DNA of 64,000 bases from Tubulanus polymorphus (GCF_964204645.1 NC_134036.1:4556600-4620599); one strand, 5' to 3'. Positions 23,771-37,645 are shown, counted from the first letter of the stretch. Notes: generated from the sequence alone by a model not told the origin. Program-made: numbers and translations.

Positions 23771-25000
23771 ATGTATCTCGCGATGAATAATGTCACCGGG
23801 ATCCCCATCACGACGACTCGACGCAATTTCATCCCGTACGTGAAACCGCCGGTTTATATCAGGCAGTTCTATAGATACGTAAACATTATCAGTCATTACA
23901 ACCATACCTCTAGGATGGTGTTCATGTATCCGCTGGGAAGCGTGTTTAACTTTCTGACGATTATTTTACTGATCAAATGTAGAAGGTATCAGTCGGTTCG
24001 TTTTACGTTCCCCTATCTCATAACTCTAGCCGTCTGCGATCAATTTGTCGTGCTGTTTTATTTGATTCAATATTTCCCCAGTTCCCTGATATCCTTCCTC
24101 AGACAGCTTAGATTTCATCGGTGTAGTGTTTATTCTATGTCATTCGCAAAGCTTAAAAAACAATGTCCAACTATTTACTTCATTCATTAATACTTTCACT
24201 ATGTACCAAAACAATGGATTCCAGAGTGTTTATTGAATAGAATATTCTTCGAAGAAGCCAAGACGATATGTAACTACATAGTTCTGGTGATCGCTGTGGA
24301 AAGATTGCTTTCTATTCGTTTTCCTTTCCTTCATATGAAACATTTTAGCGCCACTCGGTGTAAAATAGCGGTAGGTGTCGTGGTCTCGTGGGCGTATGCA
24401 GTACAGATGGGATTCATCATCTTGTATAGCGATGTTCGCTTTGAAGAACGTCGTAGACACTACGGATACAAAGAGACCTCGTATCAATGGTCGTGTAATA
24501 TTCCGAAAATAATATCCCGTCAACATTCTCGAAGCAGCATGTTCGTAATGCAAAATGTACTTACATTTATCGGTGTATTATTTCAAGATATATTTCCGGC
24601 GGTGGTTATTGTGATCGCGTCAGTTCTAACTGCTGTATCGCGCGCTAAGAAATCCGCGTACCCACTCGGATCTAAAACTGATCGTACTCGGAAATCTTCA
24701 GCCAGTAAAACTCTGCTAGTCGTGATTATCGTTTGTATTGTACTAGTTTTACCGCACGCCGTTTGTAGTTTCTTGTCTTATTTTAACAATTTCGTCCGCA
24801 GTATATATTACGATCACAATGGCAAAATGCTCAAAACTATTTACAACGATTTCTTTTTGCTGTTTCTATGGTTCGATTTGGAAAGATTATTCAGAATTCT
24901 TCGTCAAATCGTTCACTGTATAAACTTCTTCATTTACATCGCAACAATGAGAGTTTTCCGAATGCAGTTCATTAGGTTTTTCACTTGCGGTTTAAGATGA
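23771..25000 (+). pseudogene. Family A GPCR copy A5 with one in-frame stop (TAA 24188-24190, Tyr in paralogs)
   Basis: ORFs 23771..24190 and 24233..25000 are in the same frame and together give a full-length paralog. Confidence 0.85.
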
Positions 25001-25891
25001 CCGGGATAAATCTGAAAGATTGACCAGTTTTCACTTGATTCGGCCGATCTTAATCTTTAATCTTCCCCCGGAAACTCAAATAAGTCGGGAGAATAACTTC
25101 ACATTCTGTAGGCGCCCATTACAATGGTTATGAAGGTTACGACAGGTCTACTAGAGATCGACTAATATCCATACATCGACAAGTCAACGCTTAAACGAAA
25201 AAATCTGACTGCATAACCCAAACACTTGCAACGAATTTCCTAACTTGTACGATGAAGAATCCTTTCTGAAATGTTATTTTTCAATATCTTTGGCAAGCTA
25301 ATCATGACTCGTAGAAAAAATCGATAATACTTCAGTTGAAAAATACTTTCTGAATCTTCATATAATTTTGCACGAGATCTAGGCCTAGTAGCGGATGAAC
25401 TTCGCTGTTAATCGGCTTTAACCATTGGCCTGTGACGTCACGATACGGACTTAGTACAAAAAAGTGAATGTAGTTTTCGAATATTTCGCCGGCTACAATC
25501 GGGCGGATCGGGTGGCCTTATTACAACGTAAACAATAATAGTTATAATTACTGGAATGATTGCGGAGTTTTGGACTTATGCGCCCGAGATAAGTAAATCA
25601 GTAAAATACAGATTGGAATTGGCAATCGGCGTTCCTCACTGCTGATGGCAAAGCACTTCAAACGTTTTCACCCTCGAATCATAAACAGTAAACAAGCCGA
25701 TCATTGATTCATTTACTCGCAGTTTTATTGGATCTAATTATAACACGAGATTCGACGACTGAGTTACAAATATAAATTCAATTCGAGATTTTTCAAAGTC
25801 AGTTGGTAACCTGACTGCGGTTCGGTTTCATAATCGGATATTTCCCCAAACGCCACAAGTATATCCGATTATAAACTCTGATCACCGTCGA

Positions 25892-26365
25892 TTAGGAACA
25901 AGTTAAGGCTTTACAGTTGTGGCTGCAACAATCAGCATCATAACCACACATGTCGGCTTTTTTTGTGCAACCTATATTTCCAGAAAGTATGCAATCAATG
26001 AAATCTTAAAGCAAAATAATATTTCATTTAAATTGTTGAAAAGTCTGCATATAGGGCAAACATATCTATACAGGGGTTGAGGAATCATGGAAGGACAATG
26101 TTGCACGTCAATTGAATACAATTGTCAAAATATAACTGCTATGCAATATTATCTTTGAAAGGCTATTCATCAAGTCAATTCATTAAATTGATAATCGGCT
26201 ACTAAATGTTGACTGATAATTGCCACTTTGATTTATATCATTTATAAAACTATATGAATTTGTGTGTTTTTAGTTTCCCAGTCGTTACTCACCTTCTACA
26301 AATGATGCGACACCGACCACAATCACCACAACAGCACATACGCGAGTTATCAAATAAGCGAGCAT
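25892..26365 (-). CDS. Secreted knottin (ICK) peptide K1, 50 aa: MLAYLITRVCAVVVIVVGVASFVEG-CTKKADMCGYDADCCSHNCKALTCS
   Basis: join(26293..26365,25892..25971) on minus; GTGAGT donor, TAG acceptor, phase 1; signal peptide plus C-C-CC-C-C; AATAAA about 165 nt downstream. Confidence 0.9.
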
Positions 26366-28213
26366 TTCCTTTGCCTAGAATTCGAATCAATTAACACATT
26401 AACAATTTGTTGGGCAATCTAAAAGGTTATTTATTCAACAGCTATTTTCAATCAGCTCTGCGTGAATAAATCTTTCGTCAGATGTGCGGTTAAACATAAA
26501 ACTGCTTCAGGAAAAAAAGACTTGTGATAGATATAGCTCAGAGTGTAGCGATAACGGGTTTTCTGCATTGCTGGTTTGAATGCCGTAGTATGAAGCGCGC
26601 GGAGTTTCGTCAAAATATGTCTCATCAGTTCGTAACAGCGATAATAAAAGTAATGATTGACTAGTGAGTATTTTTTGGTTAGTTTAGGTTAAAGTCGATC
26701 GAAAGGAATACACTGTACGTTGTGTGGCGGTGAGTTAGTTCCTCTGGAGTGCGGGGCGGGCGCATCGCTTGCGCTTTGCATCACGGAAACCATGCGTTGT
26801 TTGCGTGTGTGTTTGGCTTTCTCTGTATTATAGATAATGATTAACGGATCGTTTTCTTTTGTCTTGAGCACGGGGCCGTGAAAGGGCTGCGTATTGTACC
26901 GGTCACGAATCGTGAATGTTTTTCTTTTTTTTTCTGTTAGATTTAGTATACGGCATTGTCGCTCTCGGTAGCTGTTAAGGTAATGGGCATTTGTTGAGTC
27001 TGAAATTCCAATCATTGATTTTTCGAAGATATCATTCAAGAACTGATCGTTTTAATACCCAAAATCTTCATTAAAAGTTGACACTGACCAAAATCGAGTC
27101 TATTTTAAGAAATTAATTTGCTGTTTTCCTTCCTTGCTCGTAATACTTTTACGAACAATAAACGTTGATCTTAGTCAAAGATTCAAACGAAAAATTGTAA
27201 TATGTAGAATAAAGTAAGGAGGTCCAAATTAGGTATGGAATCGACGATAAGGGTAACACTGATTACCATCTTTTCGTGATCCACGTTTAGGCTTCAAACG
27301 CTAGGCGAAATTAGGTCTCCCACTAGTTAAGCCAAATTTCAATTATACAACGAAATAATTAATGGAATCATTAATCTATTTTACTTCTATCGTCAATCTG
27401 ATAAATTATACTGCATATTTAACACCGGGCTTACCTTGATCACTTGTTCCAGCGTTTCCAAATTTAACAATGGTGATATCTTCGTTTCCTCGAGCCAGAC
27501 GAATGGATAATACACGGGTGTTGCTTGTGGTATTTTATTCAAAATATCACACATTTTACCAATGATTGCGCAGCTTGTTGCAGATTGAAACTTGAATCGG
27601 CCTATTTTTAGGACTTAATCGACGCGCAGCCGTCAATTCAAAAAATCGATCCACGCGCATCAGCATTTACTCACAGCCAGCTCATATTGTTTGCTGTTCT
27701 GGCTTTCGGATAATCGTTGTAATCGAGGTCGCTTTTCAAAATTTCTGAATTCCAATTTTTCATATGTCGTTTTGATATTGTTGCTGGCTGTCTAAAAAAC
27801 ATCATCCTGACCAGTAACGCACGCCAGGTCTTAATTTAGGGATTATAAGTGAACAGGTTTTATTTTTTGAGCGGATGTTCGCTGCGCGTATTCCTGACGA
27901 CAGCTGGATGCGGTCCCAAATGCCAAGCAAATGCCGTACACCGCGATTTCTTGGTTTACACGTACGCGTGCGTGTGCGTGTGTATGGACATCGCGCACAG
28001 TTGTCCACGTATGGCGTCATATTGACCGTCGTCGGTCATCAACAACAGAGACTTTGATTTTGCCCAGAGCTAATAGTTTTATCAAATCTGGGGGAAATTA
28101 TTCCGTTCGAATGAGACCCATTGGTAACAGCTTCGATCTATAAACAAAGACCTAGTAAAGATAACTCATTTGTTTTAATCCATGTTTGCAACTAATCTAA
28201 AGAATTTGACAGG

Positions 28214-28503
28214 TAGGGCCGTGCCGAGCTTGTCTGGGGGACAGTTCTATGTTTAAGAAAAAGGAAAAAAGACATTTTACCGCAAAAAGGGGAACTTTCC
28301 TATTGTAAAAGGACATATCGTAATTATGAATCGCCTGGTACTTTCATTTGAGAGATATGCTTTTCAAGTTTTAAAAAAAACATGAAATTGTATCCAAAAT
28401 TCGTTAAATCCCGGCCAAAATTTTTGACACTGACCTTTCGAAGGAAACAATGGACATTTTAGGGGATTCGTTTGCTACCCCCAAAGCCCCCGGCACCGGC
28501 CTG
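28214..28503. mobile_element. Possible hAT-type MITE
   Basis: Imperfect termini tagggccgtgccg / cggcaccggcctg. Confidence 0.35.
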
Positions 28504-30803
28504 GACAGCCATCTCATTGAAATTCACATGATTTGAAAGGCAGAAATCAAACAATCTTCGACGATTACTGTGCATTCATAAGAACCGACAGTCTAGCGAA
28601 AAAAATACATTTCTCCCTCTATAACGATCGAATAAACGCGGAATTGTTAATTTGATTCTTGCAAAAGCGTGGGAGCGATATCATCCGAATTCATACTCCT
28701 CTTCTAGACGATTGCCAGACGTCGGTAGAACAAAGTCCAAATGACCAGTGCCGAGGGAAGTTTTGGTCGGGACGAAAAAGATTAAATTCGAAAAATTTCC
28801 CTAGTATAGCTTATTGGAAGCACTGACAATCTTAGTTCAACTTCTCCCAGTGTTTGTTTCCACAGAGATCTCCGTCGCTCTACTATCGTACTAATCCTAA
28901 TTGGGTAACTCGTATCACCTCTAACGCAGATATGCGTCGGCAAAAAAAAAGTTTCACTTCGTAAGAGAAGCCGGCATAATCGGCCAACAATTTCTTTCGA
29001 CAAATTTACTACGGATAATTGGAAATAATTTTTGTTGTACCTTTACATCGCAATGATGTATATCAACAACGTAGATTAGTCTCTAGTTCGATCCCCATTT
29101 TGGCAGTAATAAAGCTGCGGGACAACTATATCGTTAATCAACGATGCCGGGAGGAAAGGGTTGAAAATTTGGAACGATGTATAACACGTCGTTAAAAAGA
29201 AATCTACAGTTGGAGATAATTTCAGCTAAATTTAGTCACCTGCTGCATTTTAGATTCCGGTTACTGAAATGTGTACTGCATGAACAATCGTCGTGAATCG
29301 ACGAACAAACACGCGATTCCTAACGAGCGTGGCTCGTTTTTCCCAATAACCAATAGCAGCTGGATTGCGCGCTGCACTCGAATCCACCGTGTCGTCGTAG
29401 GCTGGCACTATACGGTACTTACGAATTCGTAATGGGGAAATATGCCTTTAATATCTAAATGGGACCTGACGCCTGCATAGTTACTAGAATGAGAAACAGG
29501 TCCGCCACAAATGTTGCCACACATCTACAATTTAGGGTTATATAATTAAGTAATACATGTAACCCAAAAATTGCCACCAATCCGTAAGGCCTGAGAGACG
29601 GATTTTTATTGAAATAGATAGGGGATTCTCTGGACTGTTTTACCTGGAAGAAAGGTACCGAACACGAATCCCTTTCAATATTCGGTTCGGATGTCACTGG
29701 CAATATACACCCGTTTATAAAGGTTTGATTATTTCAAAAGTTAGGTTGGGTATGGGCGAAAATGGCGTATAGATGTCATAAGCAGGACTTCCTCTGGATT
29801 CATAACTTAATGATTTCATTGATACACCGATCTCCCCCGACGCATATTTCGTTTTGTAGACATGTATTTTCTTCATTAGCGCTGCATTATGTCTCTCGGC
29901 AACAGTGCACATTTGACTAAGAAGAGGGCTTTTGTGAAGTAGCAAAAACATCGTATTGAATGAATGAATGAACACTTTACTTTTCAAATATAATTTACAG
30001 CATAGTGTACAAAGCATAATAATACAAAATACAGTAATATTAAACCTGGAGAGGCATGTTGAAACTATGAAATAGTTGGCATAAAACAGGTCCCTCAACA
30101 GAGAAAAATGAAGAAGAAAAACAGAGAAATGCAATAAAGAAAAAAATATGCTCACAGTCAACCCTTAACACACAAAATGCACACATAATATACTATGATA
30201 ACAGCTTGATTAAGATGTAATCATTTAATAAGCCAGTTGTTTTCTGTGAAATTTCAATAACAATAATTTTAGTTTGAATTAGAGGATAACTTTATAATAT
30301 AGTCAAGCACAAAGTTGCTTTCTATAATTTCTCAGGAACAGTTTAGAATTTTTCAGGTTTTGTTTTAGATTTTCACTGATGTTATTCCAATGTAAAGGGC
30401 CGGATACTTTTACTGAAAATTTTCTTCTTTGACTATTGAAAGAAAGTGTTTGTAAATCTTGACGTCACCGAGTATTATGACTTCGGATTGGAAAATTTTG
30501 GCTCCAATCGTTTTCGAATGATTTCGGTTATTCAGAGTGGACAAATCTGTCGATGTGTATTGAGCGCTGAAAATATTCACCCTCGAATCAAAAACGGTAA
30601 ACAAGACGATCATCGATTTATTTACTCGCAGTTTTATTGAATCTAATCATAACACGAGATTTGACGACTGAGTTACAAATATAAATTCAATTCGAGATGT
30701 TTCAGAGTCAGTCAGTAACCTGGCTGTGGTTCAGTTTCATAATCGGATATTTCCCAAACCGCCACACAGAGTGTATCCGATTATCAACTCTGATCACCGT
30801 CGA

Positions 30804-31336
30804 TTAGGAACAAGCATGTCCAAAACATTTGCCAATGTTGCAACACTCAGAATCTTGTAAACACGTGGCGCCTCTTGGTTTGCATTCTACAATAAAAAAA
30901 GTATGAAATTGGACACTTGTTTTCTCTCTAATTTGGGAAGTGTTTGAATCATCAGCCCTCCCTCCGAGACGAGTATGATACATGGCCCTCGTTCGTATGG
31001 ACTATATCCATATAAACTACTATATACCGGCGGTCTTGAAATACTCGTATACAAGAACAATAATTGCGCGTAAATTTAATTGAGTTTTTGTCCGTATATG
31101 AATTTGTAATGTTTTCTCTGATTTCCGATTCGTCAAGTCAAATTCAACGTTCAATCGTTAGACAACTACGAAATGTTTACTGGTGTGCGTGACTAGTTTA
31201 TGTCATTTATGAAATCCTATGGAATTGTGTATTATTTTCAAAGTCGTTACTCACGTGCATCTACAACGGCCGCGGCACTGACCACGATCACAACAACAGC
31301 GCATACACGAGTTATCAAATTGGCGAGCATTTTCAT
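30804..31336 (-). CDS. Secreted knottin peptide K2, 54 aa: MKMLANLITRVCAVVVIVVSAAAVVDA-QCKPRGATCLQDSECCNIGKCFGHACS
   Basis: join(31255..31336,30804..30886); GTGAGT/AG; in frame. Confidence 0.9.
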
Positions 31337-32479
31337 TGCCTAGAATTCGAATCAAAAATATTAGCATTTTGGAAATCAAAGATTCCACATGAATTTTTAT
31401 GTTTATCGGTTAAAATCTAGAACTATTTAGAATTTGCTACCATATAAGACGGTATGATTAGTGACACGTCTATGAATAATCATCACCCGTTTTCTATCAC
31501 ACTACGTATGTTATCTACTTACGGTTTCGGCTTCGTGGTGGAGTTTAGATGCTGCATTCGGTATAGGAATCTTTATGTAGGAAATTCGCTCAATGATTTT
31601 ACACTTCAGATATTCAATACATTGTTTTTTTTACTATTCAGATTTTTCAAGTCGATTGGTGTCAATTTTATCACGTGAATCCAGAGTGGGAACTGGTGAA
31701 AATGTGAAACTCCTTCGTACGTTATATTATACTAACGGGTCAGGACCCAATATTATCTAGTTGGTAATGAAAGTATTCAGGTACTGGATGCAGAGTCAAA
31801 TGATACCATCAAAACTGTGGAAATTGATGGAGATAAATCCTAGCCTAGATTAATCCGTGGAAAACAATACGTTTTTTATCGACTCTGATAAAAGTGGTTT
31901 TCAAACAATCGAGTAACTTGATCTATCGATGTGAATTTTCATTTCATTCAGCTGCGTCGGGAGATGGGAATTCGAATCCACTTTCATCCACTTTCATCCA
32001 CCGGAAACCACCATCTACGTACACTTCGGTAAAAGTGGTTTTCAAACAATCGAGTAACTCTTTCTATCCATGAATTAGATTCTAAATTTTCAATTCAATC
32101 AGCTGCGTGGAGTGATGGGAATTTGAATCCACTTTCGCTATTAACTGCAAATATCGAATATGGAATTTCAATGATTTTATTCGTGAACGCGGTAATCGAT
32201 AATTCATACATCAAATCCACGTAGTTGTGGATCTGGATCAGGTGTCGAATTAAATCCGTACATTTTGTGGATTTCGGTCCATGTTCGTATTAGACCTGAA
32301 TCTATTGTTGAACGCGCAGGTCAATAGTTACGTTAACTGAGGTCAATGTGTTTTTCTACTGTATTTTCTTTGTGAACCAATGAGTTTCTCAAAACACTAA
32401 ATGGAACTAGGTTGAGGGACTTTTTTGTCGTTTCATAAGCCTACAGTCATATGAAAAGACCACAGTTACACACACGGGT

Positions 32480-35400
32480 TTTTTCCTGAATTTCCTTTTC
32501 ATCCGTAGGCAACTGAAAAGCATGACCATCCCGTGGGCGTCACAATGCGGCGCCGGTGAGGTAGGAAGCGAGGCAGGGAGCGAGACAGGCCCGTTCGTTC
32601 GTTCGTTCGTTCGTTCGTTCGTTATAAAATATAAGTGAAATAAATGGATAATTAAAAGAATATAAAAGTGTGAGTAAAGTGTGAGTGAAATAATTCATAT
32701 TTTAACATTGAATATTTATATTTATATGCGTTAGATTCTTGATTTTTAAACATAAAAAGTGTGAGTGAAATCATTCATATTTAAAACATTGAATATTTAT
32801 ATGCGTTAGATTCTTGATTTTTTAAACATAAAAAGTGTGAGTAAATAATTCATATTTTAACATTAAATAATTGTATGAGTTAGAAATATTTCAATAAAAG
32901 TTGTGTTATAAAAATGAAGACAGAAGAAGAACCTAATTTCAAAATTGGAATAAAAGAAACTAATAAATTATTTTCACAGTTTAACATTAAAAATTATCTT
33001 CCAGCAACAAATTTAGTGTATGAGAGACAATAAAAAATCGATAATATTACTATGATTAATCAAATATTATCAAATGGAACATATTTAATTACTGAACTAG
33101 TAGATACTTTTGATGATGGAATCAAAAATCCTGAAATATTTAATACAGTTTTAAATTATAAAGGAACATTAGATGAAAACATAGTAAATATTCTTCAAAC
33201 TCCTTTTAATAAAAGAGAAAGTGATTTAATAATTTCTAAAGATCATAATGATTTGATTAACTTAAGAATTGAAAAACGACAATTTTATTATTTCAATTTT
33301 GATCATAAACAAATCATCTAAAATGAAAATTCATCAAATATAGGAATTCATTGTGAATCAGTTGATAATAAATCTTTTAAGATATTGGAATTCAATGTAA
33401 TTTAGATTATGAATTTAGAAAATTCAATCCTAATGAAAAGGTGCATTGTTTTTGTTGAGGTAAATATTTAAGGTCACATAAATCAAAACATTATCAAACA
33501 ATTAAACATATCAAATATGAAAAGAACAATAGATATATATTGAAATAAGATTGAGCTGTATATTTCAAATATATAATAGTTAAAACATTGAGAAATTAGT
33601 GAATCAATAACTGTTCGACAGTACGTTTAATTGTTATTTGATTTAATCATATGAAAGTTTAATACTTTAAAAAATCATTATAAAATATTAAATAATTTTC
33701 AATTTTTAAATTTTTTTTCTCAAATAAATGGATGGTTTCATTCCAATTGGAAGTAGTGATTTGAAACATTACTTAGTTGCTGGAGGTTTAATATTGGCCG
33801 CGCTTTACATTTACTATGAAAATATCAGTAATGATCTAATGAATGAAAACATGAAATCAAGTCAGAAATTAAAGAAGTTCAATGGGAATGATAATGACAA
33901 TAAAAATGAAAAAGTTAATTTAGTAAATGATTTAGAGGATTAAGACAGCGTCTTTTAATTTAATCTATTTAATACATTTTAACTATAAAAATGAGTGAAA
34001 ATATATTGAATTTATTACACCTTATTTACAGAAATCAAGAGCAACTGAAATTAATAATTATGGTTTCAGGTTTAGTTTATTTTTTCAATTTACTCATTAA
34101 AACAGATGTTAGAATTCTATGATTCTTGTAAAATTAGATACGCTGAATAAAAAGATAATATCAATTATATTTCAGATAGATTGAATATCATTGAAAATCA
34201 TTAAAAGCTCATAGATACATTCATGAATTAAATGATAAATTATATAATTCAAATTAAGTTTTTAACGATATTTCTATAGAAATATATATATCATAATTGG
34301 AAAGTAGATGGCCACAAACTGTAAATATTACGCATAGTGTTGTTAATATATGTCAAAAGAAATGTTCTATGTGAGAATTAAATAAACAATCTTCAGAATA
34401 TTATAAAGATAAAAATTCTAAAGATAGCATTCAAAGATATTGTAAAACATGTATTAAGCAATATCGAGCAAATAATAAAGAAAAATGCAAAGCTATTAAT
34501 AGACGTTGGCGAGCTAATAATCCAGATTATATGAGTACTTGAGACAAAGGCGAACAGATAATCGAGAATATTATAATGATTATAAGAATAGTTATCAAAA
34601 AGAAAGGTATGAAACAGATTCTTTTCATATTTGATATGTTTAATTGTTTGATAATGTTTTGATTTATGCGATCTTAAATATTTACCTCCACAATAACAAA
34701 GTACTTTTTCATTAGGATTGAATTTTCTAAATTCATCTTTTAATTTACATTGAATTCCAATATCTTTAAAAGATTTATTATTAACTGATTCACATTGAAT
34801 TCCAATATTTGATGAATTTTCATTATAGATGATTTGTTTATCATCAAAATTGAAATAATATAATTGTCATTTTTCAATTCTTAAGTTAATCGAATCATTG
34901 TACCTTTTAGAAAGTATTAAATCACTATCTCTTTCATTAAAAGGAGTTTGAAGAATATTTATTATGTTTTCATCTAAAGTTCCTTTATAATTTAAAACTG
35001 TATTAAATATTTTACAATTTTTGATCCCATTATCAAAAGTATCTACTTGTTCAGTAATTAAATATGTTTCATTTGATAATATTTGATTAATCATAGTAAT
35101 ATTATCGATTTTATATTGTCTCATACACTAAATATGTTGCTGAAATAAAATTTTCAATGTTAAACTGTGAAAATTATTCATTAGTTTCTTTTATTTCGAT
35201 TTTGAATTTAGGTTATTCTTCTTCTGTCTTCATTTCTATAACACAACTTTTATTAAAATAAATCTAACTCATACAATTATTCAATGTCAAAATATGAATT
35301 ATTTCACTCACACTTTATACTCACACTTTTTATGTTTAAAAAATCAAGAATCTAACGCATATGAATATAAATATTCAATGTTGTAAATATGAATCATTTC

Positions 35401-35618
35401 ACTCACACTTTACTCACACTGTTATATTCTTTTAATTATCCATTTATTTTATTTTTATTCGAAATCTGTTAAAATATGAATTATTTCTCACACTGTACTC
35501 ACACTTTATAATTAATATGTAATTTATTTTAAAGTATATGAAATTCATTCGTTCGTTCGTTCGTTCGTTCGTTCGTTCGTTCGTTCGTTCGTTCGTTCGT
35601 TCGTTCGTTCGTTCGTCG
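32480..35618. mobile_element. Very AT-rich fold-back insertion bounded by (TTCG)n tracts, with decayed virus-like ORFs
   Basis: Inverted arms at about 32640-33525 and 34620-35450 (mirror ORFs 33052..33321+ and 34867..35124-); (TTCG)n at 32592-32623 and 35547-35615. Confidence 0.7.
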
Positions 35619-36011
35619 TCAATCGAGTAACTTGATCCATCGATGTGATATATTCTAAATTTTCATTCCATTCAGCTGCCTCGTGTGATGGGAATTCGAA
35701 TCCACTTTCACAAGTAAATGCAAATATCGAATATAAAATTGCAATAGTTTTACGTTTTGCGGATTCTATTGATCGCTTTGGAAATTTTCAGCCACGAATC
35801 ATAAACAGCTTATAACAACCCGATCATTAACGTATTTATTCAATTTTAATTGAATTCAATAATAACACGAGATTCGATGACTGAGTTACAATTATAAATT
35901 CAATTCAAGCTTTTTCATAGTCAGTCCTGTGACTGCGGTTCAGTTTTATAATCGGATATTTCCCAAACCACCACAAGTATATCCCATTAGAAAACCGATT
36001 ATCACCAGCGA

Positions 36012-36437
36012 TTAGGAGCAAAATCCGACTTTACATTTGTCGTCGCAACAGTCGGGACTAACGCCACAGGTCATGCCTTTTCGTGCGCAACCTGTATTTT
36101 GAAAAGGAAGAAATCGAACATGGAAGTTTCAAATAAAACATTTCGTATACTATTGTGAGATTAATATTGAACTCAATTGAATTAGTTTTTCTCAGAACAT
36201 TAGTAAGCGATATTATCTGTGAACTGGACTTTTATTGAAATTAATTCGCCCAATCCATAAACAACTGCTAAATGTTTACTGGTAATTGCGACTTTAACCT
36301 GGGCCTATATTGAAAAAATCGTATGAGATTGTGTATCATTTTATTCCCAGTAGTTACGCACCTGGATACTGCGTGGCAATGATCACAATCACGGCAACAG
36401 CGCATGCGCGGGTGAATGAATAAGCGAGCATTTTCAT
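36012..36437 (-). CDS. Secreted knottin peptide K3, 51 aa: MKMLAYSFTRACAVAVIVIIATQYPG-CARKGMTCGVSPDCCDDKCKVGFCS
   Basis: join(36362..36437,36012..36091); GTGCGT/CAG; in frame. Confidence 0.85.
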
Positions 36438-37344
36438 TGCCTATAATTTGAATTGAATTTATATTAGCGAATTGGCACTTCGGGAAATCCCTAATTCTGA
36501 TCACTCAACAGTATCACAATGCTAACCATAACCCTACTTGTTCCCCCATCTCGAAACCTAACCCTGGTGGACGATTTCCGCATCAGCGATTGAATCACCA
36601 GGATCACCTTATTGAACAAACATCGCCTAATTGCCATATGCGTATGTTTTGTACTCACGGTTTTGTCTTCGTGTTAAACGTTCGGTTGCTGCATTCAATA
36701 TATATAAATATACATATACTACCATCATTACGTAGAAAATTCGCTCATCAATTTTACACTTCAGATATTCAATACGCCATTATTTGCTTTTCTGCTCAGG
36801 TGCTATTTGATTTGCCGCGTGTTAACCGCAGAAACCGAATTCAGAGTGTGGGAACGGCTGAAATATGAAATTATTTCGTCTGGTATGTTTTACTGGAAGT
36901 TCAGGACCGAGTGATGTCTTCTAGTTAACTGTTAATGAATGTATAAAGCCATGTACAATAGACCCCATAAAACTTACGGACCCGATCCAGAGTCAGATTA
37001 GACCATCAAAACTGCAAAACTGGTTCCAGAGTCGGATTGGATTCGTAAAAACAAATTAAACTGCACGACTATGGAACTGGATGCAGATAAATTAAACGAA
37101 ATAACAGTGAGTGAGACTGCATGGAGCAATCCAAATACAAAAAAAACCTGTGGAACTGGGTCCAGAGTCGGATTGAACGCACACAACCGTGGAACAGAGT
37201 AAAATTCAATCTATACAATTGTGGGTTTCTCAAAGCATTAAGCAAAACTTGGTTCGGGGGCATTATCCGTGTCATAAGCATTCATTTATCTATAAAGATC
37301 ACAGTCGCACAGTTTTCTTTTCTGGTATTCCTCATTTATCCATA

Positions 37345-37405
37345 AGAAAACTATCCCCCTCGGCCGGGATTCGAACCTGATGTGAGTAGTGTCCGGTGCA
37401 TGGAT
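37345..37405 (-). mobile_element. tRNA-derived SINE-like fragment (B-box GGTTCGAATCCC); copies at about 40170-40225 and 46170-46220
   Basis: Minus strand caggttcgaatcccggccgaggggg; no complete cloverleaf. Confidence 0.4.
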
Positions 37406-37549
37406 TTTTTAGAACGACGAGAATAAGAGGTGGAATTATTCCCCGACTTGTTTTTAACTCTTTTTAATCCTGAAATGATTCTTGCTGCTTTCAGATGAAG
37501 TTATATCAACGTTACTTCTGTTATAATCATTGGTCGATTATATGTTGCA

Positions 37550-37645
37550 GGAATCCAGTTGAGGATATCATTAGAATGATTTTAGCATCCGGGAATTTCG
37601 TCATTTATTGCGCTTCGAGGCGTCGCTTTAGATTAATATTTGACA
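37550..37645 (+). pseudogene. Family B GPCR TM7/helix-8 relic (NPVEDIIRMILASGNFVIYCASRRRFR)
   Basis: Translation matches the C-terminus of B1/B2. Confidence 0.75.

Noticed and set aside
6007-24553. Antisense and alternate-frame ORFs overlapping the GPCRs (6007, 6343, 9659, 10080, 13121, 13482, 24230)
   Set aside because: Shadow ORFs of the real GPCR CDSs.
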